DNA of 64,000 nucleotides from Scyliorhinus canicula (taxonomy: Eukaryota). The first letter of the stretch is position 1. Each line of letters opens with the position of its first letter. Positions 13,329 to 24,659 of the stretch are shown here, piece after piece. The translations under genes and the position numbers were made by a program. The stretch spans positions 17,951,327 to 18,015,326 of the forward strand of contig NC_052172.1 in assembly GCF_902713615.1 (NCBI RefSeq). Reading direction: 5' to 3'. The notes under the pieces were generated by a model. That model saw nothing but the letters and a program-made list of their open reading frames with translations, had not been told where the DNA came from and did not search any database.

Positions 13329-13366
<38 letters not shown>

Positions 13367-13936
13367 GTAACTGCAGCAAAAGCTGCGAAATGCACTCCGG
13401 GTCCCTGCTCGGCCCCTGCAGGGCTGAGAATTAGTGACCCTTTCTCGCCAGTTTGTCTGGCGTGAAACTCCACCGATCTGACAGCGGCTTGGGGGGACAT
13501 GATCCCAATCATGGAGAATCCAGCCCTTCGTTCTGTAAAATGTTCCCGATCAAGCACTTGACAAATCCCGCTTTGAAAGATGTTTTTGGACTTCTGAGTT
13601 CGGCATTCGAATAGCGACAGACACGTCTGCCAGTCACCCTCTGCTGGCTCTCCACGCTCGGAGCATCAATCGACCCCTCATTCTTCCCCCTATCAGCTCG
13701 CCCCTCTCATTCCATTCAAAGCAAACCTTTGCATCTTTTATTATCGGAGAAGGGCCGGCGGGGATTTGCTGCTCGAGCGGAGCTGGAAAATCCGCGGCCC
13801 CATCTGGGTCCTGCGTGCGGCCCCCAGGACACGTTTTGTTGGCCGTTGCCCACGCGCGGGGTCGCCTCATTGCGCTGATTCCCGTCCGTGTAGTTTTTTT
13901 GCCCACCGGCATGGCTGAAGTGATTCGGCCGTAAAA

Positions 13937-14580
13937 CGAGGGCGAGTGAAGTGAGGGGCGAGTGAAGTGAGGGAGTGAAGTGAGGGGCGAGTGAGGTGAG
14001 GGGCGAGTGAGGCGAGGGGCGAGTGAAGCGAGGGGTGAGTGAAGTGAGGGGCGAGTGGTGAGGGAGTGAAGTGAGGGGCGAGTGAAGTGAGGGGCGAGTG
14101 AGGCGAGGGGCGAGTGAGGCGAGGGGCGAGTGGTGAGGGAGTGAAGTGAGGGGCGAGTGAGGTGAGGGGCGAGTGAAGTGAGGGGCGAGTGAGGAGAGGG
14201 GCGAGTGAGGCGAGGGGCGAGTGAAGTGAGGGGCGAGTGAAGCGAGGGGCGAGTGAAGTGAGGGGCAAGTGGTGAGGGAGTGAAGTGAGGGGCGAGTGAG
14301 GTGAGGGGCGAGTGAGGCGAGGGGCGAGTGAAGTGAGGGGCGAGTGAAGCGAGGGGCGAGTGAAGCGAGGGGCAAGTGGTGAGGGAGTGAAGTGAGGGCG
14401 AGTGAAGTGAGGGGCGAGTGAAGTGAGGGGCGAGTGGTGAGGGAGTGAAGTGAGGGGCGAGTGAAGTGAGGGGTGAGTCAATTGAGGGGCGAGTGAAGTG
14501 AGTTAAGTGAAGTGAGTGAGGTGAGGGGCGAGTGAAGTGAGGGTCGAGTGAAGTGAGCGGCGAGTGAAGTGAGCGGCGAG
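13937..14580. repeat. Purine-rich minisatellite, ~16-bp unit GAGTGAAGTGAGGGGC
   Basis: Directly visible tandem units with variants. Confidence 0.95.
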
Positions 14581-15061
14581 CTGATTGCTCACAACATTGA
14601 GGGTGAGAGTCGAGCGCTCTCTCTCTGCCCAAACTGTAAATATTTCTTTTGTTTTTACCATTTGAAGTTGATGACAGTTCTTTTAATAAATAAATGATTG
14701 AGCATCTTCTGTAACTCGCTATGAAATATTCTGTGTGTATTCAAGGCATTTAATCTCAGTCACAGGGTCAAGGTTAGTGAACAAACCTGATTACAATCTT
14801 GTGGCCCACTCACAGGACGAGGTTGCATATCACTGATTCATAGAATCATAAAATCATTTTCTTAATTCTTTCGTGGGATGTGGGCATCGCTGTGTTGGGC
14901 CAGTATTTGTTTGCCATCCCTAACTGCTCCTGGAACTAAATTCCACCAGCTGCTGAGGTGGGATTCGAACTCATGTCCACAGAGTAGTTGCCTGGGGCCT
15001 CTAGATCGTACTTGAGTGCTCCAGGATATGGACAGAGAATCTACACTAACGTTCCCAATGT

Positions 15062-18000
15062 AGTACTGAGGGAGTGCCGCACTGTCAGAGGGTCAGTACT
15101 GAGGGAGCGCTGCACTGTCAGAGGGTCAGTGCTGAGGGAGTGCTGCACTGTCAGAGGGTCAGTGCTGAGGGAGTGCTGCACTGTCAGAGGGTCAGTACTG
15201 AGGGAGTGCCGCACTGTCAGAGGGTCAGTACTGAGGGAGCCCCGCACTGTCAGAGGGTCAGTACTGAGGGAGTGCCGCACTGTCAGAGGGTCAGTACTGA
15301 GGGAGTGCCGCACTGTCAGAGGGTCAGTACTGAGGGAGTGCTGCACTGTCAGAGGCTCAGTACTGAGGGAGTGCCGCACTGTCAGAGGGTCAGTACTGAG
15401 GGAGTGCCGCACTGTCAGAGGGTCAGTACTGAGGGAGTGCTGCACTGTCAGAGGGTCAGTACTGAGGGAGCGCCGCACTGTCAGAGGGTCAGTACTGAGG
15501 GAGTGCCGCACTGTCAGAGGGTCAGTACTGAGGGAGTGCTGCACTGTCAGAGGGTCAGCACTGAGGGAGTGCTGCACTGTCAGAGGGTCAGTACTGAGGG
15601 AGTGCCGCACTGTCGGAGGGTCAGTACTGAGGGAGTGCCGCACTGTCAGAGGGTCAGTACTGAGGGAGTGCTGCACTGTCAGAGGGTCAGTACTGAGGGA
15701 GTGCTGCACTGTCAGAGGGTCAGTACTGAGGGAGCGCCGCACTGTCAGAGGGTCAGTACTGAGGGAGTGCCGCACTGTCAGAGGGTCAGCACTGAGGGAG
15801 TGCTGCACTGTCAGAGGGTCAGTACTGAGGGAGTGCCGCACTGTCGGAGGGTCAGTACTGAGGGAGTGCTGCACTGTCAGAGGGTCAGTGCTGAGGCAGT
15901 GCCGCACTGTCAGAGGGTCAGTACTGAGGGAGTGCTGCACTGTCAGAGGGTCAGTACTGAGTGAGTGCTGCACTGTCAGAGGGTCAGTACTGAGTGAGTG
16001 CCGCACTGTCAGAGGGTCAGTACTGAGGGAGTGCTGCGCTGTCAGAGGTTCAGTACTGACGGAGTACTGCACTGTCAGTCAGTACTGAGGGAGTGCTGCA
16101 CTGTCAGAGGGTCAGTACTGAGGGAGTGCCGCACTGTCAGAGGGTCAGTACTGAGGGAGTGCCGCACTGTCGGAGGGTCAGTACTGAGGGAGTGCTGCAC
16201 TGTCAGAGGGTCAGTGCTGAGGCAGTGCCGCACTGTCAGAGGGTCAGTACTGAGGGAGTGCTGCACTGTCAGAGGGTCAGTACTGAGTGAGTGCTGCACT
16301 GTCAGAGGGTCAGTACTGAGTGAGTGCCGCACTGTCAGAGGGTCAGTACTGAGGGAGTGCTGCACTGTCAGAGGGTCAGTACTGAGTGAGTGCTGCACTG
16401 TCAGAGGGTCAGTACTGAGTGCCGCACTGTCAGAGGGTCAGTACTGAGGGAGTGCTGCGCTGTCAGAGGTTCAGTACTGACGGAGTACTGCACTGTCAGT
16501 CAGTACTGAGGGAGTGCTGCACTGTCAGAGGGTCAGTACTGAGGGAGTGCTGCGCTGTCAGTCAGTACTGAGGGAGTGCTGCACTGTGAAATGAAATGAA
16601 ATGAAAATCGCTTATTGTCACGAGTAGGCTTCAATGAAGTTACTGTGAAAAGCCCCTAGTCGCCACATTCCGGCGCCTGTCCGGGGAGGCTGGTACGGGA
16701 ATCGAACCGTGCTGCTGGCCTGCTTGGTCTGCTTTAAAAGCCAGCGATTTAGCCTGGTGAGCTAAACCAGCCCCTGTCAGAGGGTCAGTACTGAGGGATG
16801 CTGCACTGTCAGAGGTTCAGTACTGAGGGAGAGCTGCACTGTCAGTCAGTACTGAGGGAGTGCTGCACTGTCAGAGGGTCAGTACTGAGAGAGTGCTGCA
16901 CTGTCAGAGGGTCAGTACTGAGGGATGCTGCACTGTCAGAGGTTCAGTACTGAGGGAGAGCTGCACTGTCAGTCAGTACTGAGGGAGTGCTGCACTGTCA
17001 GAGGGTCAGTACTGAGAGAGTGCTGCACTGTCAGAGGGTCAGTACTGAGGGATGCTGCACTGTCAGAGGTTCAGTACTGAGGGAGAGCTGCACTGTCAGT
17101 CAGTACTGAGGGAGTGCTGCACTGTCAGAGGGTCAGTACTGAGGGAGTGCTGCACTGTCAGAGGGTCAGTGCTGAGGGAGTGCCGCACTGTCAGAGGATC
17201 AGTACTGAGGGATGCTGCACTGTCAGAGGGTCAGTACTGAGGGAGTGCTGCACTGTCAGAGGGTCAGTACTGAGGGAGTGCTGCACTGTCAGAGGGCCAG
17301 TACTGAGGGAGTGCCGCACTGTCAGAGGGTCAGTACTGAGGGAGTGCTGCACTGTCAGAGGGCCAGTACTGAGAGAGTGCTGCACTGTCAGAGGGTCAGT
17401 ACTGAGGGATGCTGCACTGTCAGAGGTTCAGTACTGAGGGAGAGCTGCACTGTCAGTCAGTACTGAGGGAGTGCTGCACTGTCAGAGGGTCAGTACTGAG
17501 AGAGTGCTGCACTGTCAGAGGGTCAGTACTGAGGGATGCTGCACTGTCAGAGGTTCAGTACTGAGGGAGAGCTGCACTGTCAGTCAGTACTGAGGGAGTG
17601 CTGCACTGTCAGAGGGTCAGTACTGAGGGAGTGCTGCACTGTCAGAGGGTCAGTGCTGAGGGAGTGCCGCACTGTCAGAGGATCAGTACTGAGGGATGCT
17701 GCACTGTCAGAGGGTCAGTACTGAGGGAGTGCTGCACTGTCAGAGGGTCAGTACTGAGGGAGTGCTGCACTGTCAGAGGGCCAGTACTGAGGGAGTGCCG
17801 CACTGTCAGAGGGTCAGTACTGAGGGAGTGCTGCACTGTCAGAGGGCCAGTACTGAGGGAGTGCCGCACTGTCAGAGGGTCAGTACTGAGGGAGTGCTGC
17901 ACTGTCAGAGGGTCAGTACTGAGGGAGTGCTGCACTGTCAGAGGGTCAGTACTGAGGGAGTGCCGCAGTGTCAGTCAGTACTGAGGGAGTGCTGCACTGT

Positions 18001-19712
18001 GAAATGAAATGAAATGAAAATCGCTTATTGTCACGAGTAGGCTTCAATGAAGTTACTGTGAAAAGCCCCTAGTCGCCACATTCCGGCGCCTCTCCGGGGA
18101 GGCTGGTACGGGAATCGAACCGTGCTGCTGGCCTGCTTGGTCTGCTTTAAAAGCCAGCGATTTAGCCTGGTGAGCTAAACCAGCCCCTGTCAGAGGGTCA
18201 GTACTGAGGGATGCTGCACTGTCAGAGGTTCAGTACTGAGGGAGAGCTGCACTGTCAGTCAGTACTGAGGGAGTGCTGCACTGTCAGAGGGTCAGTACTG
18301 AGAGAGTGCTGCACTGTCAGAGGGTCAGTACTGAGGGAGTGCTGCACTGTCAGAGGGTCAGTACTGAGGGAGTGCTGCTCTGTCAGAGGGTCAGTACTGA
18401 GGGAGTGCCGCACTGTCAGAGGATCAGTACTGAGGGATGCTGCACTGTCAGAGGGTCAGTACTGAGGGAGTGCCGCACTGTCAGAGGGTCAGTACTGAGG
18501 GAGTGCTGCACTGTCAGAGGGCCAGTACTGAGGGAGTGCCGCACTGTCAGAGGGTCAGTACTGAGGGAGTGCTGCACTGTCAGAGGGTCAGTACTGAGGG
18601 AGTGCTGCACTGTCAGAGGGTCAGTACTGAGGGAGTGCCGCACTGTCAGAGGGTCAGTACTGAGGGAGTGCTGCACTGTCAGAGGGTCAGTACTGAGGGA
18701 GTGCCGCACTGTCAGAGGGTCAGTACTGAGGGAGTGCTGCACTGTCAGAGGGTCAGTACTGAGGGTGTGCCGCACTGTCAGAGGGTCAGTACTGAGGGAG
18801 TGCCGCACTGTCAGAGGGTCAGTACTGAGGGAGTGCTGCACTGTGAGAGGGTCAATACTGAGGGAGCGCCGCACTGTCAGAGGGTCAGTACTGAGGGAGT
18901 GCTGCACTGTCAGAGGGTCAGTACTGAGGGAGTGCCGCACTGTCAGAGGGTCAGTACTGAGGGAGTGCCGCACTGTCAGAGGGTCAGTACTGAGGGAATG
19001 CTGCACTGTCAGAGGGTCAGTACTGAGGGAGTGCTGCACTGTCAGAGGGTCAGTACTGAGGGAGTGCTGCACTGTCAGAGGGTCAGTACTGAGGGAGTGC
19101 CGCACTGTCAGAGGGTCAGTACTGAGGGAGTGCCGCACTGTCAGAGGGTCAGTACTGAGGGAGTGCTGCACTGTCAGAGGGTCAGTACTGAGGGAGTGCC
19201 GCACTGTCAGAGGGTCAGAACTGAGGGAGTGCCGCACTGTCAGAGGGTCAGGACTGAGGGAGTGCTGCACTGTCAGAGGGTCAGTACTGAGGGAGTGCCG
19301 CACTGTCAGAGGGTCAGTACTGAGGGAGTGCCGCACTGTCAGGGGGTCAGTACTGAGGGAGTGCCGCACTGTCAGAGGGTCAGTACTGGGGGAGTGCTGC
19401 ACTGTCAGAGGGTCAGTACTGAGGGAGTGCCGCACTGTCAGAGGGTCAGTACTGAGGGAGTGCTGCACTGTCAGAGGGTCAGTACTGAGGGAGTGCTGCA
19501 CCGTCAGAGGGTCAGTACTGAGGGAGTGCTGCACTGTCAGAGGGTCAGTACTGAGGGAGTGCTGCACTGTCAGAGGGTCAGTACTGAGGGAGTGCCGCAC
19601 TGTCAGAGGGTCAGAACTGAGGGAGTGCCGCACTGTCAGATGGTCAATTGAGGGAGTGCTGCACTGTCAGAGGGTCAGTACTGAGGGAGTGCTGCACTGT
19701 CAGAGGGTCAGT
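15062..19712. repeat. 4.65-kb array of a 33-bp unit AGTACTGAGGGAGTGCTGCACTGTCAGAGGGTC with higher-order structure
   Basis: Directly visible. Interrupted by SINE family B at 16588-16774 and 18001-18187. Lies in the SLC30-like intron. Confidence 0.97.
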
Positions 19713-20290
19713 CCCCTCGCCTGCGGACCGGGAGCCAACCTCCCCCTCCAGCAGCTCGCTCACGCTCCGCCCGTCAGCAGCAGCTGTGAGGAGGGAGGGG
19801 GAGGGTGAAGACTAGACGCAGGGAGCTTCTTGTGCAGCCACCATCAGTCCGGATAGCGTCTTACACCCCACCGCAGGGCGCCCTGCTTCCCCACCTCACA
19901 GAATTGTTACAGGACAACAAGGAGGCCATTCGGTCCGTCATATCTGCAATGGTTCCGTCAATTTTGTGTCTGACAATCATTTCTCCAACACACCCCAGTG
20001 CCACCTGCATCCCCTTTATATACAAGTGCAGTCTATTAAACAATAAGTGTGGCCTATTAAACAATAAAAACTCCAGTTATAACTGGAGAACAGTAACTCT
20101 TCCCCAAAACGTGTCACTGGAATCCTTCTCGTGGATCTTTTTTGCACCCTCTCCAATACCTTAACATCGTAAAATTCTGATCCAGACACATTACTCCAGC
20201 CGAGGTCTAACTAAATTATAGAGGGTGATTGCAGACCTGATGGGCCAAATGGCCTCCTTGTGCACTGTAGGGGAAGTGAAGGTAACTTAC

Positions 20291-20783
20291 CCTTGTCTTT
20301 GGGAGATGGGTGTTCTGCAGGGCTGTCCTGCAGGTCCTGTCCGCGTCCCAGACTTGGGCTGGATCTCCAGCCGCCCCCAGTGGATCGAAGCCACAAGTGA
20401 AGGCCCAGGTTGATGACGATGCCGCCGGCCCCCGCGGCGATGGGCAAGGCGGGCCTGTGCAAAGGGTGGGGGTCCAGGAGGCGGGACATGGCGGCCACGC
20501 TGACCGAGCAGCAGAGGGAGAGCAACAGCAGGTCGGCCACCAGCTCGCCCACCGCCACCAGCCTCTCCCAGGCGAAGGTGTGCGAGCAGGGGACGGGCCG
20601 GCGGGCCAGATATTCGGCCAGGACGGGCATCGCCAGGTCCAGCAGCACCGAGAGGCTGTGGAAGGAGTCGAGGAGCAGGGTGAGGGAGTCGGTCAGCTGG
20701 CTGAAGACCAGTTCCAGTAGTCCGAAAAGAAACAGCAGGCCCATCCAAACCCTACGGTTGGTACCGACCCCGCAGACGGCCAT
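20291..20783 (-). CDS. SLC30A1/SLC30A10-like cation diffusion facilitator, first coding exon (TM1-4)
   Basis: ATG at 20783. LELVFSQLTDSLTLLLDSFHSLS...HTFAWER aligns with ZnT1 LEVVVSRVTSSLAMLSDSFHMLSD...NTFGWIR. Donor gtaagt at 20285-20290, phase 1, joins 9474 in frame (1134 nt, 377 aa). Confidence 0.88.
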
Positions 20784-21810
20784 CGAAGCAACCTCGAGCG
20801 TTCCTGCCCGGATTCGCAAGAGATTAAAACAAAGTTAAACTACTATTGCCCTCCCTCCCCCTCCTGACAAATCCAAACCAGAGTCATCAAACACCCAGCC
20901 AATCAGTAGCACCTTACAAAGTCCCTGAGCTTTGTTTCAATGTGGTCTTTTCGCAAAACTAGAATAAAAAAACCTTTCTTTCCCAGACAAAGATATTTTC
21001 TCTGACTGAACTTTGTTAAAGTCAGACACAATCTTATCACTTAGCAGATAACATTTACCAATGGCTGAGTTTACTGCTCTCGTTTCTCTTTGTCTTAATT
21101 CCAAGATTNNNNNNNNNNNNNNNNNNNNNNNNNNNNNNNNNNNNNNNNNNNNNNNNNNNNNNNNNNNNNNNNNNNNNNNNNNNNNNNNNNNNNNNNNNNN
21201 NNNNNNNNNNNNNNNNNNNNNNNNNNNNNNNNNNNNNNNNNNNNNNNNNNNNNNNNTCCCTCTTTCTCCACCTCTNNNNNNNNNNNNNNNNNNNNNNNNN
21301 NNNNNNNNNNNNNNNNNNNNNNNNNNNNNNNNNNNNNNNNNNNNNNNNNNNNNNNNNNNNNNNNNNNNNNNNNNNNNNNNNNNNNNNNNNNNNNNNNNNN
21401 NNNNNATTGTCTCCCTCTTTCTATGTCTCCCTGACCTCCATCGGGTCTGCGTGGGTTTCCAAAGATGTGCAGGTTAGGTGGATTGGCCGTGCTAAATTGC
21501 CCAAAATGTTTAGGAGGAGTTACTGGGTTCTGAGGAGAGGCTGGAGGTGTGGGCTCAAGTAGGGTGCTCTTTCCAAGGGCCGGTGCAGACTCGATGGGAC
21601 GAATGGCCTCCTTCTGCACTGTAAATTCTGATTCTACGATCTCCTTCTCTCTCTGTCTCCCTGTTTCTATCTATCGCCTTTCTCTGTCTCTCCTTCTCTT
21701 CTTGCATCTCTCTCTCCCTCTGAGTTTCTCTGTTCCCTCTCTCCAACTCTCTCTCTCTCCCGTTCTCTTTTCCCTCCCTCTCTTTCCTTTTTTTCTCTCT
21801 CACACACACT

Positions 21811-22375
21811 GGGCTGGATTGTCCCAAAATGGAACCGGGACCCCCACGCCGGGGTAAAAACGCTGGCGTTTCACTCTCGAGTTTCCAACAACAAGGATTA
21901 GTTGATTCACTCACCTGTAGGGGGCGAGCAGGGACCCGGAGTGATTCGCACAGCTTTAGTGCGGATACGGGCCCCCCCCCCCACCCGTACTTCCGGTCTG
22001 GAGTCCGCGCATGCGCAGAACGGCGGCAGCCTCCAGCGGCCACGCTGAGCGCCATGGCGGACTCGGACCACGGAGGCAGCTTCAAATTATAGGCCCCCCC
22101 CACTGAGTCCGCAGCCGCCATGCGAGATTCCCGACCGGCAATGGGTGGTTAGAACCACGCCGTCGGGAACTCGGCCGGCCGGGAGCGGAGAATCGCTGGG
22201 CGGGCCTCTGTCAATGCCCCCCCCCCCCCCAGCCGCGTGGCGTACTCCGCGAACCCGCCGATTCTCGGCTCCTGGAGAATCGGCAGCCCGGCGGCGGGCC
22301 TGATCTCGGCGTGAAATTAGATTCTCCGCCCCAGCGCAAACGCGATTTCGCCGCAGGGGTGCAGAGAATCCCCCC
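21811..22375. mobile_element. GC-rich MITE-like element
   Basis: Termini gggctggattgtccc / gagaatccccc. Interior resembles the reverse complement of 12730-13526. Confidence 0.55.
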
Positions 22376-22984
22376 TCCCCCCCTCCCTCCCCTCCCCACT
22401 GTTTCCCCTACAATCCCCTCGTTTAGCTACAATCGAGAGATCACCAGGACCAGTTCTTCTGGCTGGAGTCGAGGGTTGGAACCCTTGATGGAATGTGACA
22501 GGGTGGAATAACCAAGAAGACAGTGAATCGTGGCTGTGTGTCTTCCGCTGACGGAGGAGGAGAGTGCGGTTCGCCAAATAGGCCCTAAGTAGCCTCAGGG
22601 AGGGGACTTAGCGATGGCGAATTAAACATTTTTCTCACACCCAGGACCCAAACAATCACCCCCCCCCCCCCCCCCCCCCCCCGCCTCCCCCTGGGCAGAG
22701 GGAGGGCTCGCAATCGCCCGTACCGCTGCAGAAAGAGAGACGTGCATTTAAGTAGCGCCTTCCGCAACTGCAGAACATCCCACTTGCACCTCGCAGCCTA
22801 TTTTCTTGGTCCCGCAAACAGCGACAGATTTCGGTGGCGAGGTCAGTATCGGCCGGGACACTGGGCAGAAACCCCCTCCCCCCCCCCCCCCCCCCCCCCC
22901 TCAGCTCTTCTTGGGGATAGTGGCCGTGGGGTCTTCAGCACCCACACTGGAGGACCGTCGGGGCCTCGGGTTTAATGTCTCCTG

Positions 22985-23260
22985 GGGCAAATAACCAGCT
23001 GGAGTAGCCTTGCCACGGCGAATGGGGCCCGATGGCTGAGGAGACGATCGGGTTCGACTGTGATGCCTCCCACTGCCGAATAGCTGATAGACTTTTTCTC
23101 TCCCCCTCTCTCTCACTCACACACACCCCAGGGTACCACTGGCCGGGCAAATAACCAGCTGGAGTAGCCTTGCCACGGCGAATGGGGCCCGATGGCTGAG
23201 GAGACGATCGGGTTCGTGTGATGCCTCCCACTGCCGAATAGCTAATAGACTTTTTTTTCC

Positions 23261-23298
<38 letters not shown>

Positions 23299-23306
23299 GC
23301 CAGGGT
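22985..23306. repeat. Two-copy tandem duplication, 160-bp period
   Basis: gggcaaataaccagctggag...gaatagct..tagacttttt(ct)n(ca)n ccagggt at 22985 and 23145. Confidence 0.9.
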
Positions 23307-24659
23307 GAGGTGTAGGGAACCAGCACCCAGTCAGAGTCACTGTGGCAACATTCCCTCCCTAAACCTCTCCCCCGTCCTTCAGGACACATCGTCAACAACC
23401 TCTTTGACTCAGGTTATGGTGGCTTGGCTCAGTTTTCCCTCTCTCTCAGGCGAGGCCAGCCTGTGCTGCCCATCCCTAATTGAATTGATTTCAGAGGGGA
23501 GTTAAGAGTCACGTGTAGGCCAGACCGGGTAAGGGCGGCAGATTTCCTTCCCCTAAAGGGTGGCATTAGTGAACCAGATGGGTTTTTACGACAATCGATG
23601 ATCGTTGTCACAGTCGCCGTTACTGAGGCCAGCTTTCAATCCCAGATTTTATTCACTGAATTTAAATTCCACCAGCTGCCGGGGTGGGATTCGAACCCGC
23701 GTCCCCCAAGACGTTAACCTGGGATCTCTGGGTCACGAACCCAGTGACAGTACCGCCACACCACCATCTCCCAAATCTGGATCAGTGTTGAATTGTGTTT
23801 GATAATCCCTCCTCTGGGGTATCTGGGGCCATGTTACACCAGAGAAAGGCGCTGTGTCAGTGCGAGTTGTTGTTGCAGGGGCTGGAAGGTCTGCTGATCG
23901 ACCGTGAGTTACTTCACGCCCGCGTTTCACTGGCTCTTTGTAAAGGATGCCTGCAGAGCTGAGCAGGAATCAGTCCTGCCCCGAGCCTGGAACATGATTC
24001 CCAACCGACCTGACGGAATTTCACAGCTCTGGTGATTGGAAATCTTCGCTGACCTCTTTCTGTCACATTGTAACGTTCACCAGCGCATCTTGTTTCCTTC
24101 CGCCCGCCGAATCCCTCGTCCGTCCCTGGCTCCGGACCCAACTGTCCCCATTCTTTATCCGTCTGGCATTCCTCCCGCTCTCCGCGAAGCTGAGCTCATC
24201 CCGAACCCTGTGTCCTAACTCGCAGCGACACCTCGTTCACCCATAACCCCGTGGTGATCTCCGACCCCTGCTAGCTCCCAGCTCAACCAGGCCTTAATTT
24301 CATAATCCTCCTCCTTGTCTTCAAACCCCTCCACGGCCTCACCTCCTCCGCATTCACCTCCAGCGAAGATGCTTTGGGAAAAGCAAATAGTCACTGACCC
24401 TCACCTCAGTCACCCTGATTGCAACACCAGCGGAAACCTGTGATTGAATTAGCCCAAGATCATTAACTAACTCCCTGCCTACGTTATCCAGTGTTTAACC
24501 TCTTCAAGGTAGCATTGCTAAAATCTGCCAACGCAATCCTTCTCTGGATACATTCAGAACTGCTCCATAATCAAACGCTTTCAGTAGTCGATCGATGGGG
24601 CTGCCTCCATACTCTCCCTCTTTGTTCCTGACCTCGTGGCTTGCCTCGCCCCTGAGCCA

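Noticed and set aside
13634-14632. His/Ser/Pro-rich ORFs
   Set aside because: These are translations of the 16-bp minisatellite.
15062-19712. Array as clustered metal-response elements
   Set aside because: The unit has TGCACTG, which fails the MRE core TGCRCNC at the last base. The reverse strand also fails.
14988-19808. Long Cys-rich repetitive ORFs (RECCTVRGSVL)n as a metallothionein-like protein beside a zinc transporter
   Set aside because: The 33-bp unit is a multiple of 3 and open in several frames on both strands. The array is interrupted by SINEs and indels and traces to a SINE segment.
23015-23030. GGCGAATGGG resembling the 3' end of the HDV ribozyme
   Set aside because: I could not build the nested double pseudoknot (P1, P1.1, P2, P3) upstream, and a 10-nt match is expected by chance.
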